A program made the translations under genes and the position numbers. Under the pieces are notes generated by a model. It did no database searches, had not been told where the DNA came from, and was given only the letters and a program-made list of their open reading frames with translations. A DNA stretch of 55,772 nucleotides from a virus. Lineage: Duplodnaviria; Caudoviricetes. The stretch spans positions 1 through 55,772 of the IMG/VR virus record IMGVR_UViG_3300031589_000003; one strand, given 5' to 3'. Each line of letters begins with the position of its first letter. The stretch's first letter is position 1. This document shows, piece by piece, positions 37,409-47,529 of this stretch.

Positions 37409-38583
37409 TATGAAAGTCCTCCGTGACCGTTTGAATTTGTCATAGGAGCATCACTTGTTGTTCCAGTTAAATCAGCAAAATCTGTAGCGTTACCTGTTGA
37501 GGCTATTGTTACTGTTACAATGGCATTACCACTATCAATAAAAGCACCAACAGTGTGTGAAGACGCTGCACGAAGATTAAGCCCCGACATTTTTATTAAA
37601 TCTCCAAAATCTGTAGCGTTTCCAGTGTTTGCAATAGTGACGTAATCAATTGAGTTTGTGTTAGTAGACCCTGTAAATCCACCTGCGGTAAGACCCCTTG
37701 TGGGTGACGAACATCCTCCTTGCCCACGCCTAACTAAGGTACTATCTCCGAAGTCCGTAGCATTTCCAGTGGAAGCAATTGTAACATAGTCCAATACATT
37801 TTGTTCTGCGCCTGATCCACCTGATGCTCCACACGCTCTTACGCCTCTTGTAGTGCTACAGAAACCGCTAGATTGCTGGCAAGATTGTGTAAGATTTCCA
37901 AAATCAGTAGCGTTACCAACGGAAGCAAAAGTAATATAGTCAATCACATCAGAATTAGCATCTCCTGCACCACCCACACAACCTCTTGTAGAACTTCCAA
38001 ATTGTGCGCCAAATTGTTTGGCAAAAGTTGCATCACCAAAGTCTGTAGCATTACCTGCTGAAGTAGGGTTTACATAATCTAAGGTATTAAGGGTAGCTGT
38101 GCTTGCATTTCTACCACAAGAAAAGACTGAGCGAGTAGATGATGACATAACATTACCACTATTACGTCCGACAGTTAAATCACCGAAGTCAGCAGCATTT
38201 GCTTGAACATTAATATTAAACCTATCTATATTTACAGTACCACTACCAAAACCTGCAACCATTGCATATACAGCCGCAACAGGAGTAAAACTAGCACTAG
38301 CATCACTGGGGGCAGATGTACCAAAAGCATTAATAGCCCAAACGTTAGCGGTGTAAGCTGTTCCGTTAGTAAGGCCAGTAACTACAAGAGGTGAGCTTGT
38401 ACCAGACGTACCTATGCCAGCAACTTGCGCCCTAAAACCTGTAATATCAGATGTACCTTCATCAGAAGGCGCAGTAAATGCTACGCTAACCTGCCCATCA
38501 CCTGCTGTACCAGCAACACCTGTCGCTTGATCAGGGGCGTTCAGCCCGTCCTGTCCTATAAAGCCGCCTTTGCCATTAGACAT
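37408..38583 (-). CDS. FN3 domain plus beta-propeller-like repeat protein (receptor-binding paralog 1)
   Basis: VTGLTNGTAYT.NVWAINAFG FN3 signature followed by the repeats. Confidence 0.78.
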   Translation of the reverse strand: MSNGKGGFIGQDGLNAPDQATGVAGTAGDGQVSVAFTAPSDEGTSDITGFRAQVAGIGTSGTSSPLVVTGLTNGTAYTANVWAINAFGTSAPSDASASFTPVAAVYAMVAGFGSGTVNIDRFNINVQANAADFGDLTVGRNSGNVMSSSTRSVFSCGRNASTATLNTLDYVNPTSAGNATDFGDATFAKQFGAQFGSSTRGCVGGAGDANSDVIDYITFASVGNATDFGNLTQSCQQSSGFCSTTRGVRACGASGGSGAEQNVLDYVTIASTGNATDFGDSTLVRRGQGGCSSPTRGLTAGGFTGSTNTNSIDYVTIANTGNATDFGDLIKMSGLNLRAASSHTVGAFIDSGNAIVTVTIASTGNATDFADLTGTTSDAPMTNSNGHGGLS

Positions 38584-38593
38584 TAATTAATCC

Positions 38594-38956
38594 TTAGTCT
38601 GTCATTAATTCGTAGCTAACCAAATATGTTAGGTCACTGGCTGCAGAAGCTGTAACTGCAAGAATGTCTGTCTCATCTAAGTAAAACCCATTGTCTTTAC
38701 CTACGACAACTAAGGTTGCATCAGCAGGTACAGATATAGTTTTAGCTATGGCAACATAGTTTGAACCATTGTCTATACTTACTTCCACTGTAATATCAGC
38801 GGCATTAGAGCCATCAATATTAGCAATAATTAGTGAGTTTATTTTAGCAACTTTATCAGCAGCAACATCAACGATAGATGCTCTACTTGTTGTTACTGCG
38901 CCAGCCGCCATCACGGGTGTGATAGTTGCTACGTTGATTAGATTTACTACGGCCAT
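38594..38956 (-). CDS. Small beta-sandwich tail-fibre adaptor-like protein
   Basis: IIANIDG...ISVPADATL...YLDETD pattern, directly after the fibre gene. Confidence 0.65.
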   Translation of the reverse strand: MAVVNLINVATITPVMAAGAVTTSRASIVDVAADKVAKINSLIIANIDGSNAADITVEVSIDNGSNYVAIAKTISVPADATLVVVGKDNGFYLDETDILAVTASAASDLTYLVSYELMTD

Positions 38957-38967
38957 TTATTTATCCT

Positions 38968-41862
38968 TTATCCAAATACTATTGCTGCGGCAATAGCAAA
39001 GCCTTTACTTGCTGCAGTTGCAACGGAATCGTCTACATACTTTTTTACCGACTGTTGTGTTGGCACTAACGTAGCTGAGTCACTTGACATATCGTCTTCA
39101 TCTGCAAATGCAGTTACGGTAATTGTACCATCTGCTAAACTACCAAAGTTTACCGCACCTGTAGTTGTGAAGGCAGAGGAGCCAATATTAATTGTACCAA
39201 AGCCAGAAGTAATTGATCCGCTATTCAAAGCACCTGTGGTTACTACATTAGCACCACCAACACTGTGACCTGCAAAGTATGTTGAAACTGTATCAACATT
39301 GGTCATTCGCATTGTGCCAGCGTCATTGATTAGTATGCCATCGCCTGATGCTACAGCAGTTGTACCTCTTGCTGTGTCGCCGTCAATTAAGTTTATCTCT
39401 GCGGCTGTAGAAGTTACACCATCTAAGATATTTAGCTCAGCAGCTGTAGAAGTAACACCGTCTAAGATATTTAACTCAGCAGCTGTAGAAGTGACTCCAT
39501 CTAAAATGTTTAACTCTGCTGTAGTGGATGTTACACCATCAAGTATGTTTAGTTCCGTTGCAGTAGATGTTACTGCTACATCCTCATTAATTTTAGGGGA
39601 CGTTAAAGTTTTATTAGTAAGTGTGTCTACAGAAACACGAGATAGTAATGTTGAGTTAGCACCTGCTGGTAACATTAAAGTATTTGTAACAGTTGCAGAG
39701 TGCGGTTGTCCGTATACCTTTTGTCCGTGACTATTACTTTCGCAGTTAAATACTATTGCACCTGAGTTAGTATTACCTCTTACAACAACTGTACCTGTCC
39801 CATGTGGAGCTAAGTCAAGATCAGCATTAGAGGCTGTAATAAAGTCACCGCCAACAAGAGTTGTACCATTAAGTATGGCACTTGTCAAGGTCTTATTAGT
39901 AAGAGTTTTAGTTGTACTTGCCATAAATGTATCAAAGTCAGATACAAGTGCCTGCTTCATTACATCGGCATCACTAATTACAACACCGTCTGTGCCTGCA
40001 AGGGTAACTGTAGCCTGTGTAGTTTCACTACCGTCAAGGATGTTAAGCTCTGCTGTAGTAACTGTAGCACCGTCTAGTATGTTAAGCTCTGCACCTGTAG
40101 ATGTAAGTCCAGATACGTTATTAGCTGCACCTGCTACAGTATCCACATAAGCTTTAACACTTTGTTGTGTAGGTACAAGAGTAGCACTATTAGATGACAT
40201 ATTATCTTCATCGACAAACGCTGTAATTCCAATAGTACCGTCATTCAGAGAACCAAAGTTTACCGCACCTGTAGTTGTGAAGGCGGAAGACCCTATGTTA
40301 ATAGTACCAAAGCCTGACGTAATAGAACCAGCATTAAGCGCACCAACTGTAGTTAGATTTGCTTGCGTGTTCAAGTTATTCTGCATGTAAGTGTTAATGT
40401 CGCTCATAGCGACCTGCTTCATAGTACCTGCGTCATTGACTACAACACCATCAGCATCAGCTAATGTAGTAGAGGTAACACTAGTGCCGCCATCCATTAT
40501 GTTTAGCTCAGCAGGTGTAGCGGTAATAGCTGTGTTACTTGCTGCAGCCAGTACTGGAACAGTACCACTTTGGTTGGGTAGGTTTATTGTACGATCTGCC
40601 GTTGGATCAACGATTGTCAGTGTAGTTTCATGAGCGTCAGCAGTAGCACCTTCAAACACAATAGCATTAGCTGCATTCATAGTGACCGTATCAACTACCG
40701 TCTGTGTACCGCCAACAGTCAAGTTACCTGTAATTGTAAGGTTATCTGCTACTGTTACTTCTGATGTAGTGTGACCAATAGTTATTGCAATGCCAGATGT
40801 TTCTGTGGCAACTTTTAACGCACCTGTTTTATTAGTGATATAAGAGTTAGTTCCATCATGGTACAGTGCCATGTCACTGCCAGCACCAAAGTTAAACTTG
40901 TCACTGTCAGGTACAATCAAGTCACCACTAGCATTTACGGTAACAACTTTAGATGCTTCAGACGTACCAAGTGTAGTTACATCAAGATAGTTTAACTCTG
41001 CAGTTGTAGCAGTAACCCCATCTAGTATGTTAAGTTCGGTAGCCGTAGATGTTACACCGTCTAGTATGTTTAGTTCTGCTGCAGTGGATGTGACACCATC
41101 TAAGATATTAAGCTCAGCAGCGGTTGCTGTAACTAATGTACCACCTAGTTTTAAACCATTTGAGGTATCGTGTGAAGCAATGTTAAAGTCAAAAGCACCA
41201 TCAGCAAAGGTAGTATTACCAGTTATTGTAATAGTTGAACCATCTGCCGTTATACTATCAAGTGCAATATTACCTACGTTAGTAATGTTAGCATCGCCAA
41301 AGGAAGTAGCAGCTAAGGTTGTAGCGCCAGTTACTGCAAGCGTACCTGCAATGGCTGTGTTACCGCTGGTGTTTGCAACAGTAAACTTATTGCTGTCCAT
41401 AGTCAAGCCACCATTAAGGGCTGTAACACCCGTTACGGTAAGCGCACCAATAATACCAGCGTTTGCATCAACGTCTAGCGTGTCAATATGAGCAGTGCCA
41501 TCTAGGTGTAAGTCTTTAAACTCTAAAGTAGATCCACCTAGATCAACATCATTATCAGTAACAGGGGCTATAAGACCATCTGAAATACGTATCTGTTCTA
41601 CTGCAGAGCCACTTACTTCAACAAAGACACCATGCCTATTATTACCAGTATCAACAACTATTTTATTTAAACCATCTGGGTCAGCTATTAAAGGTACAAA
41701 GGAACCTTCGTCACTATCACCATCATGCCTGTGACCTGTAGTTGCGGAACTACTATAAGTAAAAGCATCTCTTAGCTTGTTGTACTCTGCATTAATAGGT
41801 GCAGCCTTAACGACTGCTGTAGGTACGATATCTGAAGTAGACTGCCGTGAATAACCTGCCAT
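38968..41862 (-). CDS. Tail fibre protein with 13-aa TSTAAELNILDGV repeats
   Basis: Thr/Gly-rich; tandem repeats; duplicated PTQQSVK.YVD block; C-terminal KGFAIAAAIVFG. Confidence 0.85.
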   Translation of the reverse strand: MAGYSRQSTSDIVPTAVVKAAPINAEYNKLRDAFTYSSSATTGHRHDGDSDEGSFVPLIADPDGLNKIVVDTGNNRHGVFVEVSGSAVEQIRISDGLIAPVTDNDVDLGGSTLEFKDLHLDGTAHIDTLDVDANAGIIGALTVTGVTALNGGLTMDSNKFTVANTSGNTAIAGTLAVTGATTLAATSFGDANITNVGNIALDSITADGSTITITGNTTFADGAFDFNIASHDTSNGLKLGGTLVTATAAELNILDGVTSTAAELNILDGVTSTATELNILDGVTATTAELNYLDVTTLGTSEASKVVTVNASGDLIVPDSDKFNFGAGSDMALYHDGTNSYITNKTGALKVATETSGIAITIGHTTSEVTVADNLTITGNLTVGGTQTVVDTVTMNAANAIVFEGATADAHETTLTIVDPTADRTINLPNQSGTVPVLAAASNTAITATPAELNIMDGGTSVTSTTLADADGVVVNDAGTMKQVAMSDINTYMQNNLNTQANLTTVGALNAGSITSGFGTINIGSSAFTTTGAVNFGSLNDGTIGITAFVDEDNMSSNSATLVPTQQSVKAYVDTVAGAANNVSGLTSTGAELNILDGATVTTAELNILDGSETTQATVTLAGTDGVVISDADVMKQALVSDFDTFMASTTKTLTNKTLTSAILNGTTLVGGDFITASNADLDLAPHGTGTVVVRGNTNSGAIVFNCESNSHGQKVYGQPHSATVTNTLMLPAGANSTLLSRVSVDTLTNKTLTSPKINEDVAVTSTATELNILDGVTSTTAELNILDGVTSTAAELNILDGVTSTAAELNILDGVTSTAAEINLIDGDTARGTTAVASGDGILINDAGTMRMTNVDTVSTYFAGHSVGGANVVTTGALNSGSITSGFGTINIGSSAFTTTGAVNFGSLADGTITVTAFADEDDMSSDSATLVPTQQSVKKYVDDSVATAASKGFAIAAAIVFG
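39376..39572 (-). repeat. Five imperfect 39-bp tandem repeats in the tail fibre (second array of ~4 at ~40980-41130)
   Basis: Visible at the protein and DNA level. Confidence 0.85.
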
Positions 41863-41865
41863 ATT

Positions 41866-44010
41866 TTATCTCCTGTCACCTAGACCGTATGTAACAGAGA
41901 AAGCCTGGATGGTATGGCTAGGGTCTGTCCCATTTGTTACATATTTAATTGATATTGATTTACCTGAACCTGACACGTTTGTTGACCTGATAGGAGAGGG
42001 ATTACCATCGTATATTTCTTCTGAATCAAACTTAGCTTTATCATAGAAAGCTGCAGCACCTTGCGTAGTTATAGCATAGTCAGAGGCTAGAGTTAAAGAC
42101 GTATCACCATAGTCATACTCAATACCCATTGCTATATTAACTAAGCCCTCTGATCGCATGTAAGTATTAATATTATAGATAGTCTTACGAACCTCTGGAT
42201 CTCCCATATAGATAAAGGGAGTCTGGAAGTAACTAAATATAGCAGCGCCATTAAAGTCTTCGCCTGTCTCTTGTCGTGATACAAATCCAGCTGAGTCTCC
42301 ATGTATGATAAACTCTTCTTTATCTACATACCCGCTTGCAACTTGATTAACTTCTATGCCAACAATCTGAGAGAACTCAAAACCTCTACCAGCATCACCG
42401 CTACGTCTAACACCCCCAATAATACCTAGTGATTCTTGATCTTGAAAGAACATACGAAACTGAGACTTCTTTTTTAGTACAACTGTCTTAATTGTAGTTA
42501 AGTCTTCGTTTGCAGTGTATGAATCAAAGATAGACTGAATGGGTTTTGATAGAGAAGCAAGCTCAATATCGCCAATACGATCTGTAGCTGATATAGGACG
42601 TACACCATCAGGGGCTAGGAAGATAAGCTCCCCATTAAACTCTACTACACTATCTGGAGCCGTACACCCTAAGTTACTTGTTACATTTTGTAACACAAAG
42701 TTAGCTTGGTTATCTCCTACTAGGCGTTTAATATTATTTGCACCAAAGATATATAGTTGATCACGGAAAGATTTGATCTGAGTTATCTTGAAACCTACAT
42801 TGACTACTCCCGCTCCGTTTGCAGGGTTGAAGTCTGTTTCAGCTACAGGTGAGCTAAAGTGTAGGTGGTAAGGTTCTCCAGCATCTCCTGCTAAGAATAA
42901 GTGGTTATTAAAAACTGCAACTAGGGTAGGGTCAGTAGGAGCATTACTATCTGTAATCTGTATATAGTTACTACCGTCATAGGTAGCCGCTGGGTTAATA
43001 CCGTCAACCAATGCAAACTTAGGAGCGCCCCAGTTAAAGTTTTCAAAACGTACTTGTGTAACACCCGTCATAGTAGGAGCAACAGGTCTGTACTGACCAG
43101 CGCCAGAGCCTACCTCAATATTACCTGTAACTGCACCACTGGCTGCTATCTGAGTAATTGTATTAAAAAAGTTTGTACTTGTTACTGTAGCATCTGCTGC
43201 TGGGCCTGTTATTATTTCAACTAGTGCCGCACCTAGATAATCAGTTCCTGTAACAGTAAGAGTTATACCTGATACATCACCGCCAGCAGAAAAGATAGTA
43301 ACCTTTCTAGGTTGTAAAGATGCAGCAGTAGTAAAATTAATTGTGTTGCTTGAGTGCAGAGCGCCATTAATAGCTAGGTTAGCTGCGCCACTAGTAGTTT
43401 GTGCAGCACATACGCCATTCCTGTCATTAGCTACAAGGCTAGAGTCTACAGCAGTCCAACCTATAACTGTAGGGGTTGCGGTAACTGCAGTTGACTCTTC
43501 AGATGTACCACCTGTAATAATATTACCTGTAGCAAATATCGCAGTAGGTAGTTTTCCAAAGTTAATAACAACGCTGTTAGATGAAGTAGATATTACTGTA
43601 CCTGTAGCTGCTACACCTGAGTCATCAGCTGCGCTTACAACACCCGTAACTGTTTCACCAACTGTAAGGTCAGTACCCTCACCACTGGTTACAACAACCG
43701 TGTAGTAGTGGTTATACCAATGCAAGTAGTTATTTCCACTAGCAGGTTTTCTTGTCCCGAATATACCTTGTTGTACATCAGCAGAAACATGCACCCCCAA
43801 AACAGGGACACTATTAGTTGAGTCACCTGTAAGTTCACCATAAGATCTTGAATAACCGCTAATACGGCGATACCCGCCCAAAAGAGCAGGTTCATAATTA
43901 ATTAGTCTATAAGCTGATCCAGCAAACTGACCACCGTGAGTAAGGGGGTCTAGGTTGTTGAAAAGTCCACCACTACAAGGTGTAGCAAACGTGGATAGTT
44001 GTTCTGCCAT
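41866..44010 (-). CDS. Tail nozzle (tubular protein B-like) with inserted Thr/Gly-rich domains
   Basis: N-terminal GGL...NYEP...GGYRRI.G; position after the adaptor; beta-rich. Confidence 0.75.
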   Translation of the reverse strand: MAEQLSTFATPCSGGLFNNLDPLTHGGQFAGSAYRLINYEPALLGGYRRISGYSRSYGELTGDSTNSVPVLGVHVSADVQQGIFGTRKPASGNNYLHWYNHYYTVVVTSGEGTDLTVGETVTGVVSAADDSGVAATGTVISTSSNSVVINFGKLPTAIFATGNIITGGTSEESTAVTATPTVIGWTAVDSSLVANDRNGVCAAQTTSGAANLAINGALHSSNTINFTTAASLQPRKVTIFSAGGDVSGITLTVTGTDYLGAALVEIITGPAADATVTSTNFFNTITQIAASGAVTGNIEVGSGAGQYRPVAPTMTGVTQVRFENFNWGAPKFALVDGINPAATYDGSNYIQITDSNAPTDPTLVAVFNNHLFLAGDAGEPYHLHFSSPVAETDFNPANGAGVVNVGFKITQIKSFRDQLYIFGANNIKRLVGDNQANFVLQNVTSNLGCTAPDSVVEFNGELIFLAPDGVRPISATDRIGDIELASLSKPIQSIFDSYTANEDLTTIKTVVLKKKSQFRMFFQDQESLGIIGGVRRSGDAGRGFEFSQIVGIEVNQVASGYVDKEEFIIHGDSAGFVSRQETGEDFNGAAIFSYFQTPFIYMGDPEVRKTIYNINTYMRSEGLVNIAMGIEYDYGDTSLTLASDYAITTQGAAAFYDKAKFDSEEIYDGNPSPIRSTNVSGSGKSISIKYVTNGTDPSHTIQAFSVTYGLGDRR

Positions 44011-44729
44011 TATTGAGCACCAGTTACAGAGTTAAAATGTCTACCTGTTACAGTAGAAGTTATATACAAGGGTGTATCAAGTAGTAGACGCCGCATGTTA
44101 TCAATACCATCCATAAACTTCTTCTCATGGATCTGCCCACTCTGATCATTGGAACGGAAACGCATAAGATACATCATAGCTCCATCAATAACAACTGTGT
44201 TAAACCTTTGAGGTATCACAGACACATCATTGAATGCTGTTAGGTCAGCAGGAAAGGAATAGTAGCGATACTCAATATCATAGGCAGCATCTGGAATGGG
44301 TGTAACACCAAACTTAGAATCTTGTGTCTGGTAAATACGCAGAGGTACAGACCTAGACGTAGCCCCGCCAATATCTTCTATAGGTCTAAAGCTACGTAGG
44401 TAATCTGCAAATGTAATTACAGGAAGCTTACGAGGCTCGTTCTGTTGTGTTTCGTTTTTCTTAATGTAGAAAGTATCCCAATCTACCTTTGATAAGTCTG
44501 CAGGAAAGTCATACACACCCGTACCAACAACTAATGTTTGTGTATTAGTAGTAAGAGTGAAAGGCCATTCCTGCGATATTTGTAGTATTTCTCTTATGCT
44601 CGAATTAATAGCATCCTTAGAAAGCGCTTGTAAGTTACGTACATCTAAAAAACCTGACCCAGCTGCGTCTAGCTCTGTCTCATTTATGCGTCTAAGTAAT
44701 TGATTTACTAGATTGATGTATGTAGCCAT
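44010..44729 (-). CDS. Head-tail adaptor (tubular protein A-like)
   Basis: TYINLVNQLLRRINE...AINSSIREI...WPF; ATG 44729. Confidence 0.78.
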   Translation of the reverse strand: MATYINLVNQLLRRINETELDAAGSGFLDVRNLQALSKDAINSSIREILQISQEWPFTLTTNTQTLVVGTGVYDFPADLSKVDWDTFYIKKNETQQNEPRKLPVITFADYLRSFRPIEDIGGATSRSVPLRIYQTQDSKFGVTPIPDAAYDIEYRYYSFPADLTAFNDVSVIPQRFNTVVIDGAMMYLMRFRSNDQSGQIHEKKFMDGIDNMRRLLLDTPLYITSTVTGRHFNSVTGAQ

Positions 44730-44753
44730 GAAAGAACTTCCTTTGAGCAAAGT

Positions 44754-44782
44754 TAGAGGGGCTAGTTTCCCAGCCCCCCTTA
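44754..44782 (-). terminator. GC hairpin with GAAA tetraloop after the capsid genes (partial terminator/processing site)
   Basis: GGGGCTGG-GAAA-CTAGCCCC; weak U-tract. Confidence 0.55.
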
Positions 44783-44791
44783 GTTTAGCAA

Positions 44792-45274
44792 TTAAGCCAG
44801 TGTATCACGATCTACTGTTTGAGCAGTATGGTCTCCGACTTCAGAGACATCCATCAACATACAGTAAACACGTAGTTTACCTGCGCTGAAGGTTGCACCG
44901 TCACCCGCAAAGGTTACGTCCATTGTATCTGCAACAGCATTGACAAGAACACCTGCTTGAGCTACTGTTGGTGCGTATGCAAGATCTGCAGCACCATCAA
45001 TATCAAACGCAGCTACGTACTCGTTAGGGTCAACCGCTGTACCAAGAATAGCAGTAGCGTTAGAACCTGTGTTCATAGTAGCAGATTCCATTACTTGAAT
45101 ACCTGCCCATAGAATGACAGTATTACCAGGAATAGTAAGTGCCTGAATAATGTCACCAGCTGAACAATCAACCGCACTTGCAGTGAGGTCAAGAGTGTTT
45201 TCAATCATGTAAGGCTTCCGTGAAGGATTACCTGCTCCACGAGTGGGTGCTAAAAATGTAGTTAAAGTAGCCAT
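44792..45274 (-). CDS. Capsid decoration/cement-like protein
   Basis: Small beta-rich protein right after the MCP; strong GGAGGA RBS. Confidence 0.65.
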   Translation of the reverse strand: MATLTTFLAPTRGAGNPSRKPYMIENTLDLTASAVDCSAGDIIQALTIPGNTVILWAGIQVMESATMNTGSNATAILGTAVDPNEYVAAFDIDGAADLAYAPTVAQAGVLVNAVADTMDVTFAGDGATFSAGKLRVYCMLMDVSEVGDHTAQTVDRDTLA

Positions 45275-45288
45275 AAGTTTATCCTCCC

Positions 45289-46359
45289 TTACGCTGCGTT
45301 ATATTTAGCAGTTACGATTGCTTCTGGACGAAGAATCTTCCTGCCGTATAGATGCATTCCACGGACAATGTCCGAAAATGAGTCTGGGTCACGATATGAC
45401 TCAACTTTGTTGATCTGCTCTGCAGAAGCAACAGCCGAATCGTGTCCAGCAACAATCACACCGTAGTTGGTGTCCTGGTTGGCTGAACCTGATGTACCTG
45501 ATCCTGTACCTACTGAAGGTAGGTTATTGGATTGATAGATACGGAAGCCGTGTAGGTTGTTCAATACAAGACCATTCTGGAGACCTGAGCCACCCTGATC
45601 TGCATTTAGTACCCGTGAATCCTCGTCTTTTAAGAGTTCCATGAATACGGCGTCCAAGACCAGCCAGCGACCACGAGAGTCAACATTCTGTTGGTCAAGC
45701 AAGCGACCCATACGTGCAATAACCTGCAAAGGTGATGCAACAGATGTGCTTGCAGCAGTAGCGCCACCAAAGCGAGGTGTCAAAGGAATAGAGTGATCCC
45801 CTGCAGAGCTTGTTGTGATGTTGCCAAACGAACCCTTGTTCAACTTCATAGTTGTCAACAATTCGTCAGTACCAGCAGTATCTACAGCGAGTGTGCCGTT
45901 TGTTACGTCATTGACTGCATCTGCATCAGCGTGTAAAGCAGACTGCTTGTAACCAGACAAATAGCCAAGGCATTCTTGGTCCATTTGGTCAGCCAAACGA
46001 TAGGCTGCACGATCAGTTGCAAGTTGCATGAAATCGACATGGCTATGGGCCTCTTCGATATCGTCAATCTTGAAAGCAAAGTAGTTGCTTTTGTCTACTA
46101 CAAGCTGAAAATCTTCATCGTCAAGATCCTGGGCTGTGATCTGAGCACCACGTGTGTACTCTTTCACGGAAACCTCTGGTTCCTTCATAATTTTAACGGT
46201 ATCGCCTTGGTTTGCGATCTCACCAAAATAGTCGTTGTTAGTAATAGCATTAGCTACAGCGCTCTTGCGAAACGCAAGCTGTACCTGTTTGCTGTAAATG
46301 ATAGGGCTGAAGTTACCATTTGGTAAGTTCCCGTACCCTGTTGCGGTTGAAAAAGCCAT
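45289..46359 (-). CDS. Major capsid protein
   Basis: P.IYS, DYFGEIANQGDTVKI, FKIDDIE, D.VRGMHLYGRKILRPEA. Confidence 0.93.
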   Translation of the reverse strand: MAFSTATGYGNLPNGNFSPIIYSKQVQLAFRKSAVANAITNNDYFGEIANQGDTVKIMKEPEVSVKEYTRGAQITAQDLDDEDFQLVVDKSNYFAFKIDDIEEAHSHVDFMQLATDRAAYRLADQMDQECLGYLSGYKQSALHADADAVNDVTNGTLAVDTAGTDELLTTMKLNKGSFGNITTSSAGDHSIPLTPRFGGATAASTSVASPLQVIARMGRLLDQQNVDSRGRWLVLDAVFMELLKDEDSRVLNADQGGSGLQNGLVLNNLHGFRIYQSNNLPSVGTGSGTSGSANQDTNYGVIVAGHDSAVASAEQINKVESYRDPDSFSDIVRGMHLYGRKILRPEAIVTAKYNAA

Positions 46360-46526
46360 GTTATATTCTCCTTTAGATGATGAATGGCTGGTTAATATAG
46401 TTACACATTCATATCCGAATGAAGAGGGCCGTTCTTTTTAGGGTATCATACTTGTAGAGGTAGCGCAACCCCTATTAGTTTGGTCCTATAGTCAAATGGG
46501 TAATTCTTTTCGGTTTGTGTAAAGAT

Positions 46527-46555
46527 AGTTATATCTACAATTAACTAAAAGTCAA
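46527..46555 (-). promoter_or_regulatory. Promoter TTGACT-N16-TATAACT for the capsid operon
   Basis: Exact motif, ~170 nt upstream of the MCP start. Confidence 0.75.
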
Positions 46556-46558
46556 TAG

Positions 46559-47473
46559 CTATTTCATATCATAGACAAACTTTCCACTGCGAATTGATTC
46601 CATGATAGCATCTGCATGTTTTTCATATTCACGAGTAGACATTTTATTCACTTGAGATTCGCGCCACTGTGCTGCAGTATCGTCTGTCTCAGGGGAATTT
46701 CTTGTTCTAGCTTTGACAGAGCTTGCTGCTGCCTTATCACTAGAGTTATCTTTCTTATTGGTAATGTTTTTGTCAGACTTGTATAAGTCAATCACACGAG
46801 AAACGGACTTAGCATCCTCTAGGTTCTCATACAAGGCATCCTGTACCCACTTAGGCTGTTCCTCTGCCCAGTTGTGGAATGCGTCATCACCACGAATAGT
46901 TTTAAAGTCAGGGTGAAAGCTCATTAGCTCTGCTTCTGCTTTTTCTTTCTTAGCTGTAACACGTAGCTCTTCTAGCTCCTGCATACGGCTGTCTAAGTCA
47001 CTTGAGCGCTCTTGCGCCTTCTTGTCTGCAATAGCCTCAACAATGGATGCTACGTCAGGGTATTTCTTTGACCAAGCTTCAATGTCCTGATCTGTCTTTG
47101 GTAGTACAAGCTCATTGTTAGCAGCTTTCTTTAGCTGACCTTCAAGGCTTCCTATGCGGTCTTTAAACTCTGACTCTTTTTTAGCCAAGTGCTTTTGTAT
47201 ATCTGCGTAACGTTTCTTATAGCTGCGCTCTTCAGCAGTCAGACTTTTGTCATCTGCTTCTTGTGCTTCAGGTGTCTCTTTGGTAGCTTCTTGTTCGGGA
47301 TTACTCTCATCCTGAACTTGGGCTTCCTCAGTTCCCTCGCTATCGGGTTCTTCTTGTTCTGCTCCGACATGATTCTTCATAAGCTCTTTAAGCTCTGCCT
47401 CTTCTTTTGCAATACGTTCTGCATTACGGTTGTTCTTGATATACGTAGTTTCTTGTGCTTGGGCTTCAGCCAT
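46559..47473 (-). CDS. Capsid scaffolding protein
   Basis: Acidic coiled coil; YKKRYAD, HPDF...F..W..EQP; directly upstream of the MCP. Confidence 0.85.
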   Translation of the reverse strand: MAEAQAQETTYIKNNRNAERIAKEEAELKELMKNHVGAEQEEPDSEGTEEAQVQDESNPEQEATKETPEAQEADDKSLTAEERSYKKRYADIQKHLAKKESEFKDRIGSLEGQLKKAANNELVLPKTDQDIEAWSKKYPDVASIVEAIADKKAQERSSDLDSRMQELEELRVTAKKEKAEAELMSFHPDFKTIRGDDAFHNWAEEQPKWVQDALYENLEDAKSVSRVIDLYKSDKNITNKKDNSSDKAAASSVKARTRNSPETDDTAAQWRESQVNKMSTREYEKHADAIMESIRSGKFVYDMK

Positions 47474-47529
47474 AGTTTGTTTCCTTATTATTATTATTAG
47501 GGGCCAGCATCATTACTGGGTGTCCTCGT

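Noticed and set aside
35451-38583. Diversity-generating retroelement acting on the propeller repeats
   Set aside because: No reverse transcriptase and no template/variable repeat pair with adenine-specific differences
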